Shown here piece by piece: positions 23,833-36,000 of a stretch of DNA of 64,000 nucleotides (within the stretch, counting starts at the first letter, position 1; the number at the start of each line of letters is the position of its first letter). The DNA comes from Klebsormidium nitens (taxonomy: Eukaryota > Plantae > Klebsormidiophyceae). Below the pieces are notes generated by a model. It was not told where the DNA came from and did not search any database. It saw nothing but the letters and a program-made list of their open reading frames with translations. The stretch spans positions 1 through 64,000 of the forward strand of contig DF237034.1 in NCBI GenBank assembly GCA_000708835.1. The letters are read 5' to 3'. Position numbers and translations under genes: made by a program.

Positions 23833-26800
23833 CTACTCCTTCTCGATATCCCAGGTGTCGACATTCTCAAAGACGCTCGCAATCTCTCCGACCTTTTCCC
23901 ACCAATCTGGAGGAGGCTCGGCATCTTGAGAGACAGCTACCTGCGGAGAAGAAACGAGAGAGCAACAAGCCAAATTCAACTTGACCTCGCTGTTACGACT
24001 TGACCTCGATGTACAAAAACTTAGCGAGATGCTACCGTGTGTGCCTGTTACCCGCGGTTGACCCGACTGCTTGTGAGACAGAGGGTAGTAAGTTGCTCAT
24101 ACCCCGTGAACGAGAACCCGTTTCCTATCATCGCGTCCTCCCTCCCTTACCCGCTGTCTTTCCCCGTCTTGGTCGCTTGCGTGAGCGTGTGGCGGGGCGG
24201 GAGGGGTCCGCCGAAAGGCCTCGGGCAAGAGGTGCGGCGGCAGCGGACGGATCGAGAACCGAAAGTCTGCACGACAGGGCGCCCGAGGTGAGGCCCGTCC
24301 AGCCAATTAAACCGACCTGTGGTGCGAGGTGGCTGGTGAGTGCATACAGTGTCTCATTTACTGGATCGAGGCTGACGCAGCTGGTCGTGAATCCTCGTTC
24401 CCCAGCACAAGTGTGGTTGGCGCCCCTGGCCGTAAGGTGCTTTCTGGGGTGGGCCTCACCTCGGCAGTCGGGGTCGTGACACTTTTGGTAGTAGCCCGCC
24501 AGCAGGAAGTCCACCACGTACATCACTGCACAATCAAAGCCCCGCTGTAGGTGCGCAGGAGCACCAGGCAGCGCAAAGGCACGGCAGCTTACCCAATTTG
24601 TCATTTACCAGAGAACAATAGGAACAGGCCTCGCTGTCAAGAGCGTGCATTTTGCTGCAAAGGCGAGCCCACGACTGTTGCGACAGCTGACCGTTGTTAC
24701 TCTTGTGCTGGCGGCCGATGCGCTCGCAGTAGCGGTTGTTGTCGATGTTGAACACCAGCACGCCGCGCTCTTCAAACAGGGACCAGTTGCGCAGCCGGGC
24801 TGATGGCGGCAACAATGGAGAGCGGACGCATGAGAACCCCGATCAAAGCAGGCAGCGTGCGCCAGGATGGCGGTGCCACATACAACGAATTGCTCCATAA
24901 GGCCACTCAAAAAGAGCAGACGGTGCCTTTCGAAGACAGAATTTGCGCATCCACCGCTTGCGGGCGTGCACCCACCTGGGGTGTCGTCCCCGGTGGCCAT
25001 GTCCTGGATGAAGGCGTCCACCGCGGGGAAGGGCGACGCCTCGGCCACCCGGCTGGCCTTGACCACCGTGCTTCGGGCAGGACCGGGGCGAGCGCCGACC
25101 TCAATCTGACGCAGGTAGCCGGAACAGGTTTCAGAATGAGCAATGCACTCAGCAACCGACCGTCTCAAGCGTTCATCAGTCCTTGCATGCTGAGTGCCCC
25201 GAGAGAAGCGAGAGAACGTCACTGGTGCTCACCTCGTCGAAGACCGTCAGCAGGGTGGCACCGTGGAAGCCGCCAGGAGGACAGATGAGGGCCGAAAAGA
25301 AGACCTCCCGCTCTGCCTGCAACACAACCGAGACAGTTATTAGCAGGAGATCAGCCTTACCGGAGTTACCTCGCCCCTCTTAACGAGCATGTTTCTGCGA
25401 CCTATGCTGGCCCCGTCTTGCCCTGGAATTGTAGAATCTTACATAGTGATTCCAAAATAGCAGGCCTTTCCATATAACAATTATGAAGACAACCATTCTT
25501 AGGAGTGCTTAAAGTCGCAGATAGTCACAGACTTCAACCAGATTCTGTGTAATAGCAGGCCAAGACAGACGAAGGCCAACTCTTGTAAAGCTTCAGACCG
25601 TCACATAATTTAGCGATGGGGGTGCGAGGCTGCTGGTGAGCTCACCAGGTTCTTGCACTTGAAGCGCGGGGTGGGCAGCAGGCGTGCCTTCTTGCCGTAC
25701 TTGCTCGAGAAAGGCAGCCGGAAGGCGCGGTTGCGGCTGTAGACGGCCTCGTCAATCAGCAGGCTGGACGGCCACTCCCCAGCTGCGCCCGTGGCCTCCC
25801 CCGGCTTCCACACAAACAGCATGGCGCAGGAGGGGTCGGTGTCGCGCATGGCGCGCAGGTGGCTGCAGAACTGCGGCAGTTGGAGGACCATCAGAGAGAA
25901 GAGAGTGCCAGCTCTTTGTCACCGAAGTAGTCCCAAACCACTGGGCGAAACTTGCGAAATCAGTTGTGTCGAGTGGATATCATCGTTTAGTGGCAGGTTG
26001 TAGGAAAGAACCAGAAGAAGCTCAGATGGTGACACATGGTATTGTCATGAGGAGGAGTGCACTGACCTTTTTGATGAAGGCGCCCACGTGGGCATTGCTT
26101 TTGAAGCCATGCCCCGGGAGAGGCGCAATGAGATGCCGGGAGAATTTCTCTGCGCACGAGCAGCACGCTGTAAGTGCAACCTTTCAAATCTTCCAGCCGT
26201 TGCCCCTGGGGCCCTCTGACCTTTCAGTCGTCATTGCTCCTCATTCAACCGGCACTCGCCGTAAGTTCTCCCGCCCTGGCCCCGCGCTCACCGTCTGTGG
26301 AGGAGTCCAGCTCCACAAGGGCGTCCTCGCGCAGGGCCAGCCCCAGGTGCTCCTGCACGGCTGTGCTCAGAAGGCGCAGCAGGGCCACCATGAGTGGCTC
26401 GGCGTCCGCAGCGGGGTTGGGGCCCTTGAGGTACTCCAGGTCTAGGTACAGGTGGCATGCGCAGCCCTGGATGTGGAAGCAGAACATTGCATGGGCAACA
26501 CAAAAGACTATAAGTGGGTTGCGTGAGTGGGCTTGCTTTTGTCAATTGCAAGGCTTGGACTGGACGGTCCTGCCACCCTAATTCCAAGGCCTTGCTCGCG
26601 CACAAAATGGTTACGGGGCCTAGGGGAGCACTTCCGTGGGTGGCATTGACAAGAACAGCATGCCAGATGATGGAACTCTGGCTTGCAACGCAAATCTCTT
26701 CAAGCTTGATTGAAGACGGGCGTCAAACTCACCTCTCGTATTATCTCATAGTAGTGCTGGTGGCCTGGCAGCATGCGCTGGTACCTGCAGTTGAAAACCA

Positions 26801-27721
26801 CCCTCTGAAACTTAGCAATTTTACGGTTGACAGCTACTTCTATGTTTGTCACTACTTTGAAAGTGAGCTGCTGGTTAACAGCATCCATGTGTTGGGTCTT
26901 AAGTGTCGCTCTGAACTTCCAAAGTGGCGAAGGGACTTGACAAGAAGCCTTTCCAAGTAGCCCAGCCAACCACTGGCGTGCTCACCTCTGCCAGAAGACG
27001 TCAAGTGTGGTGACCAGGAAACGGCGCCTCCCTGTGGCGGAGTCCTCAAATGTGAGGACAGCCAGCCGATCGGCATCAGCATTCTGGGCATCATGGGCGT
27101 CAGCAAACTTGAATGCCATCTCCTGTGTTGGGAAGATCTGCCACACTGCAGCCCTGTAGAAACAGCCAACAGGAAAAACAGTCAAGGCTAACAAAGGCCC
27201 CATCAAGGAATACCAAAATTATCTTCTCAGTCGATCCCTGCTGTACACATACAGCTTCCCTCCTTGATGGAAGAAGATACAGCGGCAATGCTGCAGCAGA
27301 TTGAGTTATTAAGCGCGGCTGACCTTGCTAGTCGCTGCCTCCGAGCTTCTTCTTCTGCTAGTATGAAGTTTTTGTTGGCAGAGGCGATCTGTTTCAAAAG
27401 GGCATGCCACTGTGTCGACGTGCTTCTCTTGCCGTAGAACTTCTGACCACCGAGCGACTTCTTGCAGCGAGCCTGGAGAGCCGCGGATGCATCTCCAGCA
27501 GCGTCACCTGCAGCCCCTGGCTTGCATTCATTCTGTACTACAGGAGAGCGGCAGGATTCTACGCTTGCCGCAGATCTTGCTGCAGCGGCATATCCTGAAC
27601 CACTTGACTTGGTCTTCTCACTTGCTTTCAACCGTGCCCGCTTGCCCGCCCTGTAACAATCAAGCAGCTCACTTGCTTGCTTACTTGAAAGAGGTGCATC
27701 CCCTCCTGCCTCGCTTGCCAT
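23833..27721 (-). CDS. PRIMPOL: DNA-directed primase/polymerase PrimPol (AEP catalytic domain plus C-terminal UL52-type zinc finger)
   Basis: Exons approx. 27721-27324, 27153-26986, 26784-26733, 26466-26292, 26149-26067, 25870-25646, 25316-25233, 25105-24976, 24799-24692, 24525-24460, 24266-24151, 23940-23833. Motifs RRFLVTT, HYYEIIREG, HLYLDLEY (DxE), KFSRHL, IDEAVYSRNRAFRLPFSSK, RYCERIGRQHKSN, YYQKCHDPDC. Confidence 0.92.
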
Positions 27722-28635
27722 TTGTGCTTGTCTTCGTCGTGCAGGTGTGCCGGCATGTTCCTACGTCGTCTCAATTGCATATTAATATTATGATCAATGC
27801 AGCCTTTCGAAGCTAACGCAGGGTTGCACGGTGCCGCGCTGCACAGCTAGATTTCTCCCAGTGCTTGCAAGTTGCCAGCCAGCGTGGGGGTTGCAAAGCA
27901 CTCCCCCAAAATTGCCAGACGGTACATTTCACGTTGTCATCTGCCGCCAAACAGACGGTCCGGGAGGATGCAATTTGAACCGTCAGATGATGATATCTAA
28001 GACTCAATCTGCCACGTTCACTAGTCGTCGACGACCGTCCGATCGGTCCGACGGCCTCCACCAAACGATAACGTTTGTATCATACTAAGAGCTGCTAACT
28101 TTTCCTGCGTCATACCTTACAAGCAGGATAAAGCTTACTGGAGGCTGCGAAGAATGAAGAGTTGAGGAAGAGATGAAGATAATCACATCGAGTCGTGGTA
28201 CTCGACAAACAGCCAAGATCGGCTTCAACCTTGTTGAGCTTATCTTCAAGGAGTTTTCTGAAGACTTTCTCATGGGGATCATCGCACGTGACAAGCAGGG
28301 GCGCAGTACCCTGTTTGATATTACGATAGCCTACAATCATTGAGATCATTCCAAATTCACTCATTGCACGACTCTGTACGCTTTTGTAGGTTTCATATGA
28401 CGATGTACTCAGTCGCGTCAGGATCACATGAGACAAACTAAGAACAGACTAGCAGACTTTGCTTGCAGCCGTCCTTGCCCTATGCTGTACACCGCCAGGA
28501 TGAAGGTTATATTGGAAGCAACGTCCAGCTTCAATAGGTGAAGGATCTTTTCTTTCCTTAGATACTGGTACAGTGGGCTTGTAAACCATCAACCGATTTT
28601 CACATTATCACTTTTCAAGGCATCCGAGTTGCGAG

Positions 28636-31530
28636 CTACGCATTCGCATCCTCGACGCCCTCCTCAACGCTCACGACCGGCTCGTACCCAAGCTCCCTCC
28701 GGATCTTGGAGTCGTCTATCCGAACGTCCCGTCCGATGAGCGCCAGGTCCTGCCGGCCGATCAGCGGTTCCCTCGTGACTCCGTATCCTAGCAGCGGCAC
28801 GTTTTCCAGGGCGGACTCGCGGTACCAGAGCAGCCAGAAGGGCACGGTCGCCGTGGGCTGCTTCACGCCCGGCTGAGAGGCCACGTACTGCAGCAAAAAG
28901 TCCTTGAGCAGCCGGGGAGGGCCGTCCGTCACGAAGTATACCTGCCCGCCTGCAAGCAACACAGGGCGTGCTTCTTGAGTGAGGCGTCGCCCATGGAACG
29001 CGCTTGTCCAAAACAGAACGAAGCGGCTGTTATCAGGAAGATGGGCCGGCACTTCGCATCGGCAAGCTTGACGTCCCTCACCGGGCAAAATTCATAACTG
29101 CTGCAACTCTAAAGAAATGACAGACGGTGATGATGATCAGAGGCACCGAGACAGACTGAAAAGACACATGTATCACAAAATTTGAGAGTCCCTCCGCTTT
29201 GATTATGTCTGGCTCCTGCTCCGCGGACTTGGCCTGTAGCATCCTGGTCACTAAGAACCTTGAATCCTTCTGACATGCCAGCATCTCAACGATCAAGAGA
29301 TTGTTCCAACGGTTTCATGTCGATTAGACAACATGTCGAGATCAAAGTCGTGACGGTTTCCGCCACGTGTGCATAGGAAGTTCTTCCAGATCCAATAACT
29401 CTTCCCAGCCGCTTGCGAATCCACAGGAATAATTACCGATGGGTTTTGCAGAAGAAGATCGCCCTAGTTTGCTTTAAACAAAGGAGCAAGAGCCGTGGCC
29501 GCTGGGGCTGACCTCTGCCCCGTGCCTGTGCCGCCAGGCGCAGCGCGTGGCAGACGTTGATGACGTGGCTGGTGGAGGAGACGGCGAGGGGCGTGATCCA
29601 GCGCCACGACCCGTCGTTGAACTGCTGCGTCAGCGTCGGCCGCATCACGCTGTCGCCCCGGCCCCACACAAAGCGCGGTCGCACCACCACCGCTGCACAG
29701 AGACCAGCGGACGTCAAGAATAAAGGATGGTGGAGGATGGCCGGGCGATGGGGCTTGGAAACATCAACGAGGGCTTGTAGGTAGTGAACCGGCTCTCGGC
29801 CCAATCGACTCGACTTCCTTTTCACCACACCACAAGGATTCACTGGGAATCGACTGGATTTCGAACGAGGTTCAGAGTGCAGGAATCGAACGACGCCTCG
29901 TTCTGCAGTCTGAAAGACAGCCCAAATCCACTCCGAAAACTTTCACAGCGAGCAGAAACAGCGCTCTACGAGCAAGTTGAAGGCAAACTTTTCCAAGCAT
30001 GTACACGTCAAGCATTCTCTGGACAGTTTTGTGCTGAAATGCACATGTGAGCATGAAAGGGCGTACTTTCAAAGTCGGGCGGCGAGTTGGCCTGCAGCAC
30101 GAGCTTCTCCGCCTCGGCTTTGCTCCGGGAGTAGGGGGCCCAGGGGGGAGGATCCACGGGGGTGGTCTCGTCCACCGACCCAATGGAACCATCGGCCTGC
30201 AGACAGGCAGGCGAGAAGCAGGGCGGACGTCAAGCAAGCAAGACTTAGCAAGCAAGACTTCTTTGCTGCATCGAAGATCGCTACGAACTGAGTATTTACA
30301 CTCGTAGAGATCATAAAGCAAAGACTAGTTCTCGACGGTAGGCAGAGAACTACGATGACTTACGAAGCTTTCAAACACGTATTGCCTTCGTGCACCTTTG
30401 TTGGATCTTTCAAAGTTTGAGGAACAGAAACAAGGCTGACCATTTGTGGACGATAAGACAAAATACAAGAAGTATCCGAAAACGTGACGGGAGAAGCCCA
30501 AAAGCAGTGACTTTTGAAAGACCAACAAGAAGAGCTTGCTACACATGAGATATAACAGACAGGACACGTTCCCTTGTCGATCAGTTCCTGGAAGCAAGGA
30601 GGTCACGACGGATCCAATCACAGTTTTGTTACACAGTTGTCCTCTTTCAACCCCGAGTGGCTAGTCCTACCAGCTCGAGGCCCTTCTTGAAACAGGCTCA
30701 GAGCCGCCGTACCTTGACCAGGACTGCTTCCGAGCTGATGAACACGAACTGGGCCACCCCCGCAGCCCTTGCCGCCGCCAGAGTGTTCCTGGTGCCCTCC
30801 ACCGTAATCTTTTGGAAATCAGAGTAGGGGCCCCAGCCGTCGATCTTGGCGGCAGCGTGAATGACGACGTCACACCCCTGCATGCCTGCACAAGAGTTCA
30901 TCAAGCAGGAGGTGAAACTGTTTTGAAGCACTAGCATACCTTTTGCCGAACAACTCAAACTTGATATAAGCTCATGTGCAAGAAGCCATTGAAATACAGA
31001 GTGGCAAATGAGACAGCACCAGCCACGCCAGTGAAGAATTGCATACCGAGGATTATGGGGCCACCAAAAGGAGATGTATGAGGTGGTCATCCTGGCGGCA
31101 CACTGGGCCTGTCCAGGTGTGAGAAGAGCCTCTGGGTTTCCAATGTAGCGTCATTGCACATCTACCAATACAGGTCAGCTCAAAACGTCAGAGAGCGTCA
31201 ACTCACCCCAGTAGTCTAACGGATGCATCCAGGGGACCAGCATGCATCTCTTCTGGCATCCTTTTCTGCATCTCTCTTCTCACCTTTTTTAAGCACATCT
31301 TCCGCTGTCAAGTCCCCTCGCACAATCTCAACAGTCCCCACCTCCGGCCGCTTGCCGTTTGGTGGCAGGCCTTTGGTGGGGACCACATCGCTGGCCTTCC
31401 TGATCTTCTCATCGGCAGCCGAGCTGCGCGACAGGGCCACCACCGAGTCCCCATGGTACCTGAGGAAGGGGGTCAGCTGCGTCCCAATGAACCCAGACGC
31501 GCCTGTCACAAACACTTTCATTGTGCTCAT
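28636..31530 (-). CDS. NAD(P)-dependent epimerase/dehydratase, extended SDR (3-beta-hydroxysteroid dehydrogenase-like)
   Basis: Exons 31530/31521-31284, 30885-30713, 30196-30067, 29692-29513, 28949-28636. Motifs VFVTGASGFIG, DVVIHAAA, FVFISSEAV, catalytic YSRSK, VVRPRFVWGRGD. Confidence 0.88.
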
Positions 31531-32095
31531 GCACACAACTCTTCCAGAGCTGGTCCTCACCAAGGTTCTAGTATTGCACCCTGGCCCTAGAAAGACGTCT
31601 AAATATGACCTTCTACTGAAGAGCCTGATTACCTGACCGCAGCTACCAACATGTGACGCCTGCATGTAGCTGGCTGTAGCCAATGGAGGTGATCAGTGCT
31701 TCAACATATGCATGTGCATTGACAATGAGGGTGCTCGGCAACTGCTTGGTGCAGTTGCATGAGAAGGAAACTGCTGCATTGCGAGTTCCTGCGGGACTAG
31801 GATGACGGACTACCTGCGCCTCAAGCCTTGTATCCTATATGTGTGTTGGGGCCATGCTGCAGCTGAACGCTGCGGCTGGCCAGCATGGGCGACGTGCTGT
31901 CTACTGCGCCGTCTGATCAGATGGCTCAGCTTGCAGTATTCAGTCCGTGCATAATGCAATTCTGGTACCAAATCCCAGCGTGACATCAGCCGGCTCTGAC
32001 GTAGCGGTGCTCGTAGCAGGGCTTACGTCAGCGGTTTGCTTTAACTGGGTTAGGTGTGGTAGGTACCTACATGGCGCCGGTCCTAACCCACCTCA

Positions 32096-32150
32096 GGCCC
32101 AGCCTCCCAGGCCCAGGCCCAGAGGCCCAGGGCCCCAGGCCCAGGGCCCA
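32096..32150 (+). repeat. Short degenerate tandem array with six GGCCCA (site-II-like) motifs
   Basis: caggcccagcctcccaggcccaggcccagaggcccagggccccaggcccagggccca read directly from the sequence. Confidence 0.7.
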
Positions 32151-32700
32151 GCTGGTAGACCCTACGAACCCACAACCTTCAAATTTACCCGGGCACGATC
32201 GCCGCGGTCGCGTGAAATTTCACTCAGTGAAATTTTGCCGCACCGTAGACTGCCGACACTTGGCAGAATTCAGGCAGGTTGTTCGCGAATCCAGTCTGCG
32301 TTTCAGACCTGTAAGAACTGCCCCTGTCCCCCGGTCAACTTGGTCATACCATAACAGGCCTGTATTTGGCGACAAGTCCGCCCGGTGTGTTCAGTGAACC
32401 TTGGGGTCGACCGAGCACTCCTCTAGGCTTTAGAAGTCCCCGGTAGAGACCTTAGCTTGTGAACCTTACCGGGCGGACTTGGGGCCAAAAACAGGCCTGC
32501 AATGGTCTGACTGCCTCACCCGGGGGACAGGACATTTCTCACAGGTCTGAAACGCAGACTGGATTCTGAGACAACCTGCCTGAATTCTGCTAAGTGTCGG
32601 CAGTCTACGGTGCGACAAAATTTCACTGAGTGAAATCGCGCTGCTCTGCCCGGGTCAATTTTGAAGGTTGTGGGTTCGTAGGGTCTACCGGCCCAGCTGG
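32148..32700. mobile_element. Foldback/MITE-like long imperfect inverted repeat (arms ~240 bp, short central spacer)
   Basis: 32148-~32385 is the reverse complement of ~32467-32700. Example: gtagaccctacgaacccacaaccttcaaa vs tttgaaggttgtgggttcgtagggtctac; gaattcaggcaggttg vs caacctgcctgaattc; caagtccgcccgg vs ccgggcggacttg. Confidence 0.85.
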
Positions 32701-33014
32701 GGTTTCTCGCAGGTCTGCGCTGTACAAATAATACAATCACCATTGGCATTGGCATCGATATCGTCTCCGCCAAAGCTAGTCCTAGGCCTGTGATATGGCG
32801 GCCTTTCAAAAGGACAGGTGCTTCCAGCTTGAATTGGCACTCTACACGTGCTGTCCATAGCTCCTGCTTGTAATTGTCTCAGCAGCACGACTTTGTCCCT
32901 AGAAGACTTAGAAGAAGCGGCCCGTCAGCTGGAGCGCTCATGTTGCTTTGTAGTGAGCAATGTGATAAACCGCAGCTTTGCTTTGCCCCTTTTGGAGCAC
33001 CGGCTGCCGCCAGG

Positions 33015-36000
33015 ATGCGCCGCTGGTTGCTGCTTGGCTTTCTGTCTGCTTGCCTCTGTGTTGGAGAAGTTCTTGGCAGCAGCTATGAGGCCTCCGCTCG
33101 CGCAGGTGAGAAATTGCATCTAGGCTTTTCCCCCACTGCAAGGGGGAAAGAATCACAGAGGGTTTCGGCTGTATGTGTTCCTAAAGCGATTCAGCTTGGC
33201 CGGCGGTTATGAGATTCGAAGGTGGCCGCCTTGTAGGGGGCTTGTTGAAGCTGCTGGTACAATTGGAAGGCAATGATCCGATGGAGACACTCACACCGAT
33301 CAAACTATCATAGTCAGCGAAAGGAAGCGTGTTTGGTGTGCCTCTTCACCTTGGGCATTTCTCACTGCTTCTGTTTTCTGCCCTCCTTCCAGAGGTCGCT
33401 GGCTTGCTCACGCCTTTCGGCAGCAGGGCTGCCGCTAAAAGAGGCGACCAGCGGCGGCGGCAGCTGTTGGCGGACTGGAACAAAGTGACCGCGGAAGAGT
33501 ATCCTCTACAGCGGGCATGAACGAATGGTCCTACCATTCAGATGATGGAATGCTGCTCGTTGTGTGCATTTCTTCATTCTTGGACTGCCATCCCTTTCCT
33601 TGACTCCTGGCCCCCCCCATCAGCTCATTGGTGGACCTTCTGAAGCAAGGTGACGCTGGCATTCGCCCCGACAAGGTGGACCAGGTGGAGGTGGGGAATG
33701 TGCTGCTGGACGCTCCGCGCTACCACAGCAATAAGGAGCTGCAGGAGTACCTGCACGGCTTTGTGCGCCGCTGCGGCCATGTGGCCAGCCTGGAGCAGTT
33801 CGGCAACAGCACGCTGGGCACCCCGCTGGTGAGGGCGTTGATCAGGATATGTCACGGGAGAAGCGCTTGAAGGATTCTAGACACGAATCCAGTGTGTCTA
33901 GCTTTGACTTGGTGACACGTCCAGGCTGACAAGTGGCAGCTGCTCACGGTGGCCGTGTCCGATGCAGTGGGCCCTTGAGATCTCCGATCATCCGGGGGTG
34001 GAAGAACCAGAGCCAGCATTCAAGGTAAGAACTGTATGGCCGCTTATGATGGGTTGGTTATGCTGCGACGAGACTTTCAATTCGTAAGTGCATGTAGGAG
34101 TCCTGTCAAGAGCCCCAGCAAGATGGAAGCCCAGCTTCAGCTTGAGTTTCTGTGTCCTCCGCTTTTCGCACACCTGTCTTACTGGCCTTACTCCTGGGTG
34201 CAGTTTGTGGGCAATATGCACGGCGACGAGCCTACCGGACGGGAGCTGGTGCTCTTCCTAGCGGAGTGGCTGTGCGCAAATCACAAGGTGGACCCGCAGG
34301 TAGGCCTCAAGCGCTTCTGCTGGAAAATGTTTTGGATCTTTCCTTCCAAGTTGATAGCGTGGTCCTTTCATGATCTGTCTATGCGCTCTATGACGCGGAG
34401 GGCATCCAGAGTGCGACATGTCACTGTGTCACGAGCTGCTGTCTTGGATATGACGTCGTGATGAGCGATACCATGTATCTACTCTCTAAGGGCCTGTCTG
34501 CAGGCTAAGCGCATAGTGGAGCGGCTGCACCTGTATCTGGTGCCCAGCCTCAACCCGGACGGCTTTGCCCGGCGCCAGCGCGGCAACCCCAACGGCATTG
34601 ACCTCAACCGCGACTTCCCCGACCAGTTCTTCACCAACAACAACGACCTTGCGCATCGCCAGGCCGAGACGCAGGCGCTTATGAACTGGACTCTCAGCCA
34701 CACCTTCACAGCAGGGGCCAGCCTGCACGAGGTGAGGTTGTGATTTCGGCCACCAGTTTGTGCTGCTGCAAGGAGGCCCCTGCCTTGGCAACCCTTCCTT
34801 GGGCGTAACGAAGGCCTGGTCGCTTATGTGCGGGTGCTACCAAAAGTCTGGTGGATTGATTCTTCAGTGGTGCTGCGCGCAGGGTGCTGTGGTGGCCAAC
34901 TACCCCTGGGATGGCTCAACCGACCAAGGGTGAGTGCCCGGGCCTTGCAGCGAGAACACCCTGTGTTGATTTTGACGCAGGAGGGGCGTTGTCGCTTTTC
35001 TCCTTGGGTTGACCATTCTCTCTGCTTGGGTGCGTTGATGGCAGGTGGTGCACGCAGCCGTTTGCTCATAAGGCTCGACTTTACTCGCAGCACGCACTAC
35101 GCAGAGGCCCCCGATGACACCGCATTTCGCCACCTGGCGAGCGCATATGCTCAAGGGCACGCACACATGTGGAACAGCTCTGAGTTCAAGGGAGGCATAA
35201 CCAACGGGGCAGCCTGGTTAGCCGTCGCACTCCCTGTGCATCCGCTTGTAGACTGCTGGAAGGTCACAATTGCCTAGAGAGGAGCACTTAACCCAATCAG
35301 CTATGCAGCATCTCTCGGACATTTCCATCAGGAGAGAGTGACTTGACGTCAGGTCGTCCGAGGTCGCCTTCGCTTGACGTAAGAGCGTGTGGCTGCAGGT
35401 ATCCGCTGTACGGTGGCATGCAGGACTGGAACTACCTCCATGGGGGCTGCCTAGACATCACCATCGAGGTCAACGAGAACAAGTGGCCCCCGCCGGAACA
35501 GGTGACGGCCCTTCGACTACGCTTCCCACGAGTCCCCCTCCATGCTTCGTTCTGAATCCCGCACCTGGATCCGAGATCTGTCCTGGTGTTCGGTTCCAAC
35601 GTTTGCCGCTTGCCTGACTGCCGCTCCCGGCGCACTGCAGCTGCCGTCCCTGTGGGCGGAGCACAAGGGCGCCATGCTGGCCGTCCTGGACATGCTGGTC
35701 AAGGTGAGCACACGCCGAGCGGCACGTGCCTCGCCAATGTAAAACCCGCATGTCCTGCTGGCTCTCGACTCGTTCGCTTGTAAACCCGATGAACACTGCC
35801 AGCGCGAGGTCGGGTGCCCTCTTATTCGTGCTTGCGGGAATGGCTTTTTAGGCCTTGCTCTTGCTCTTGTGCAGTCGGGATTGCATGGGACGGTGATCTC
35901 TTCCGAGGACAAGCGGCCGCTGCTTGCGCAAATCGACGTTGAGGGTGCGGGCCGCCCGGTGAGTATTCGGCTGGGAGATAGACGGGCCTGCCATGGTCAG

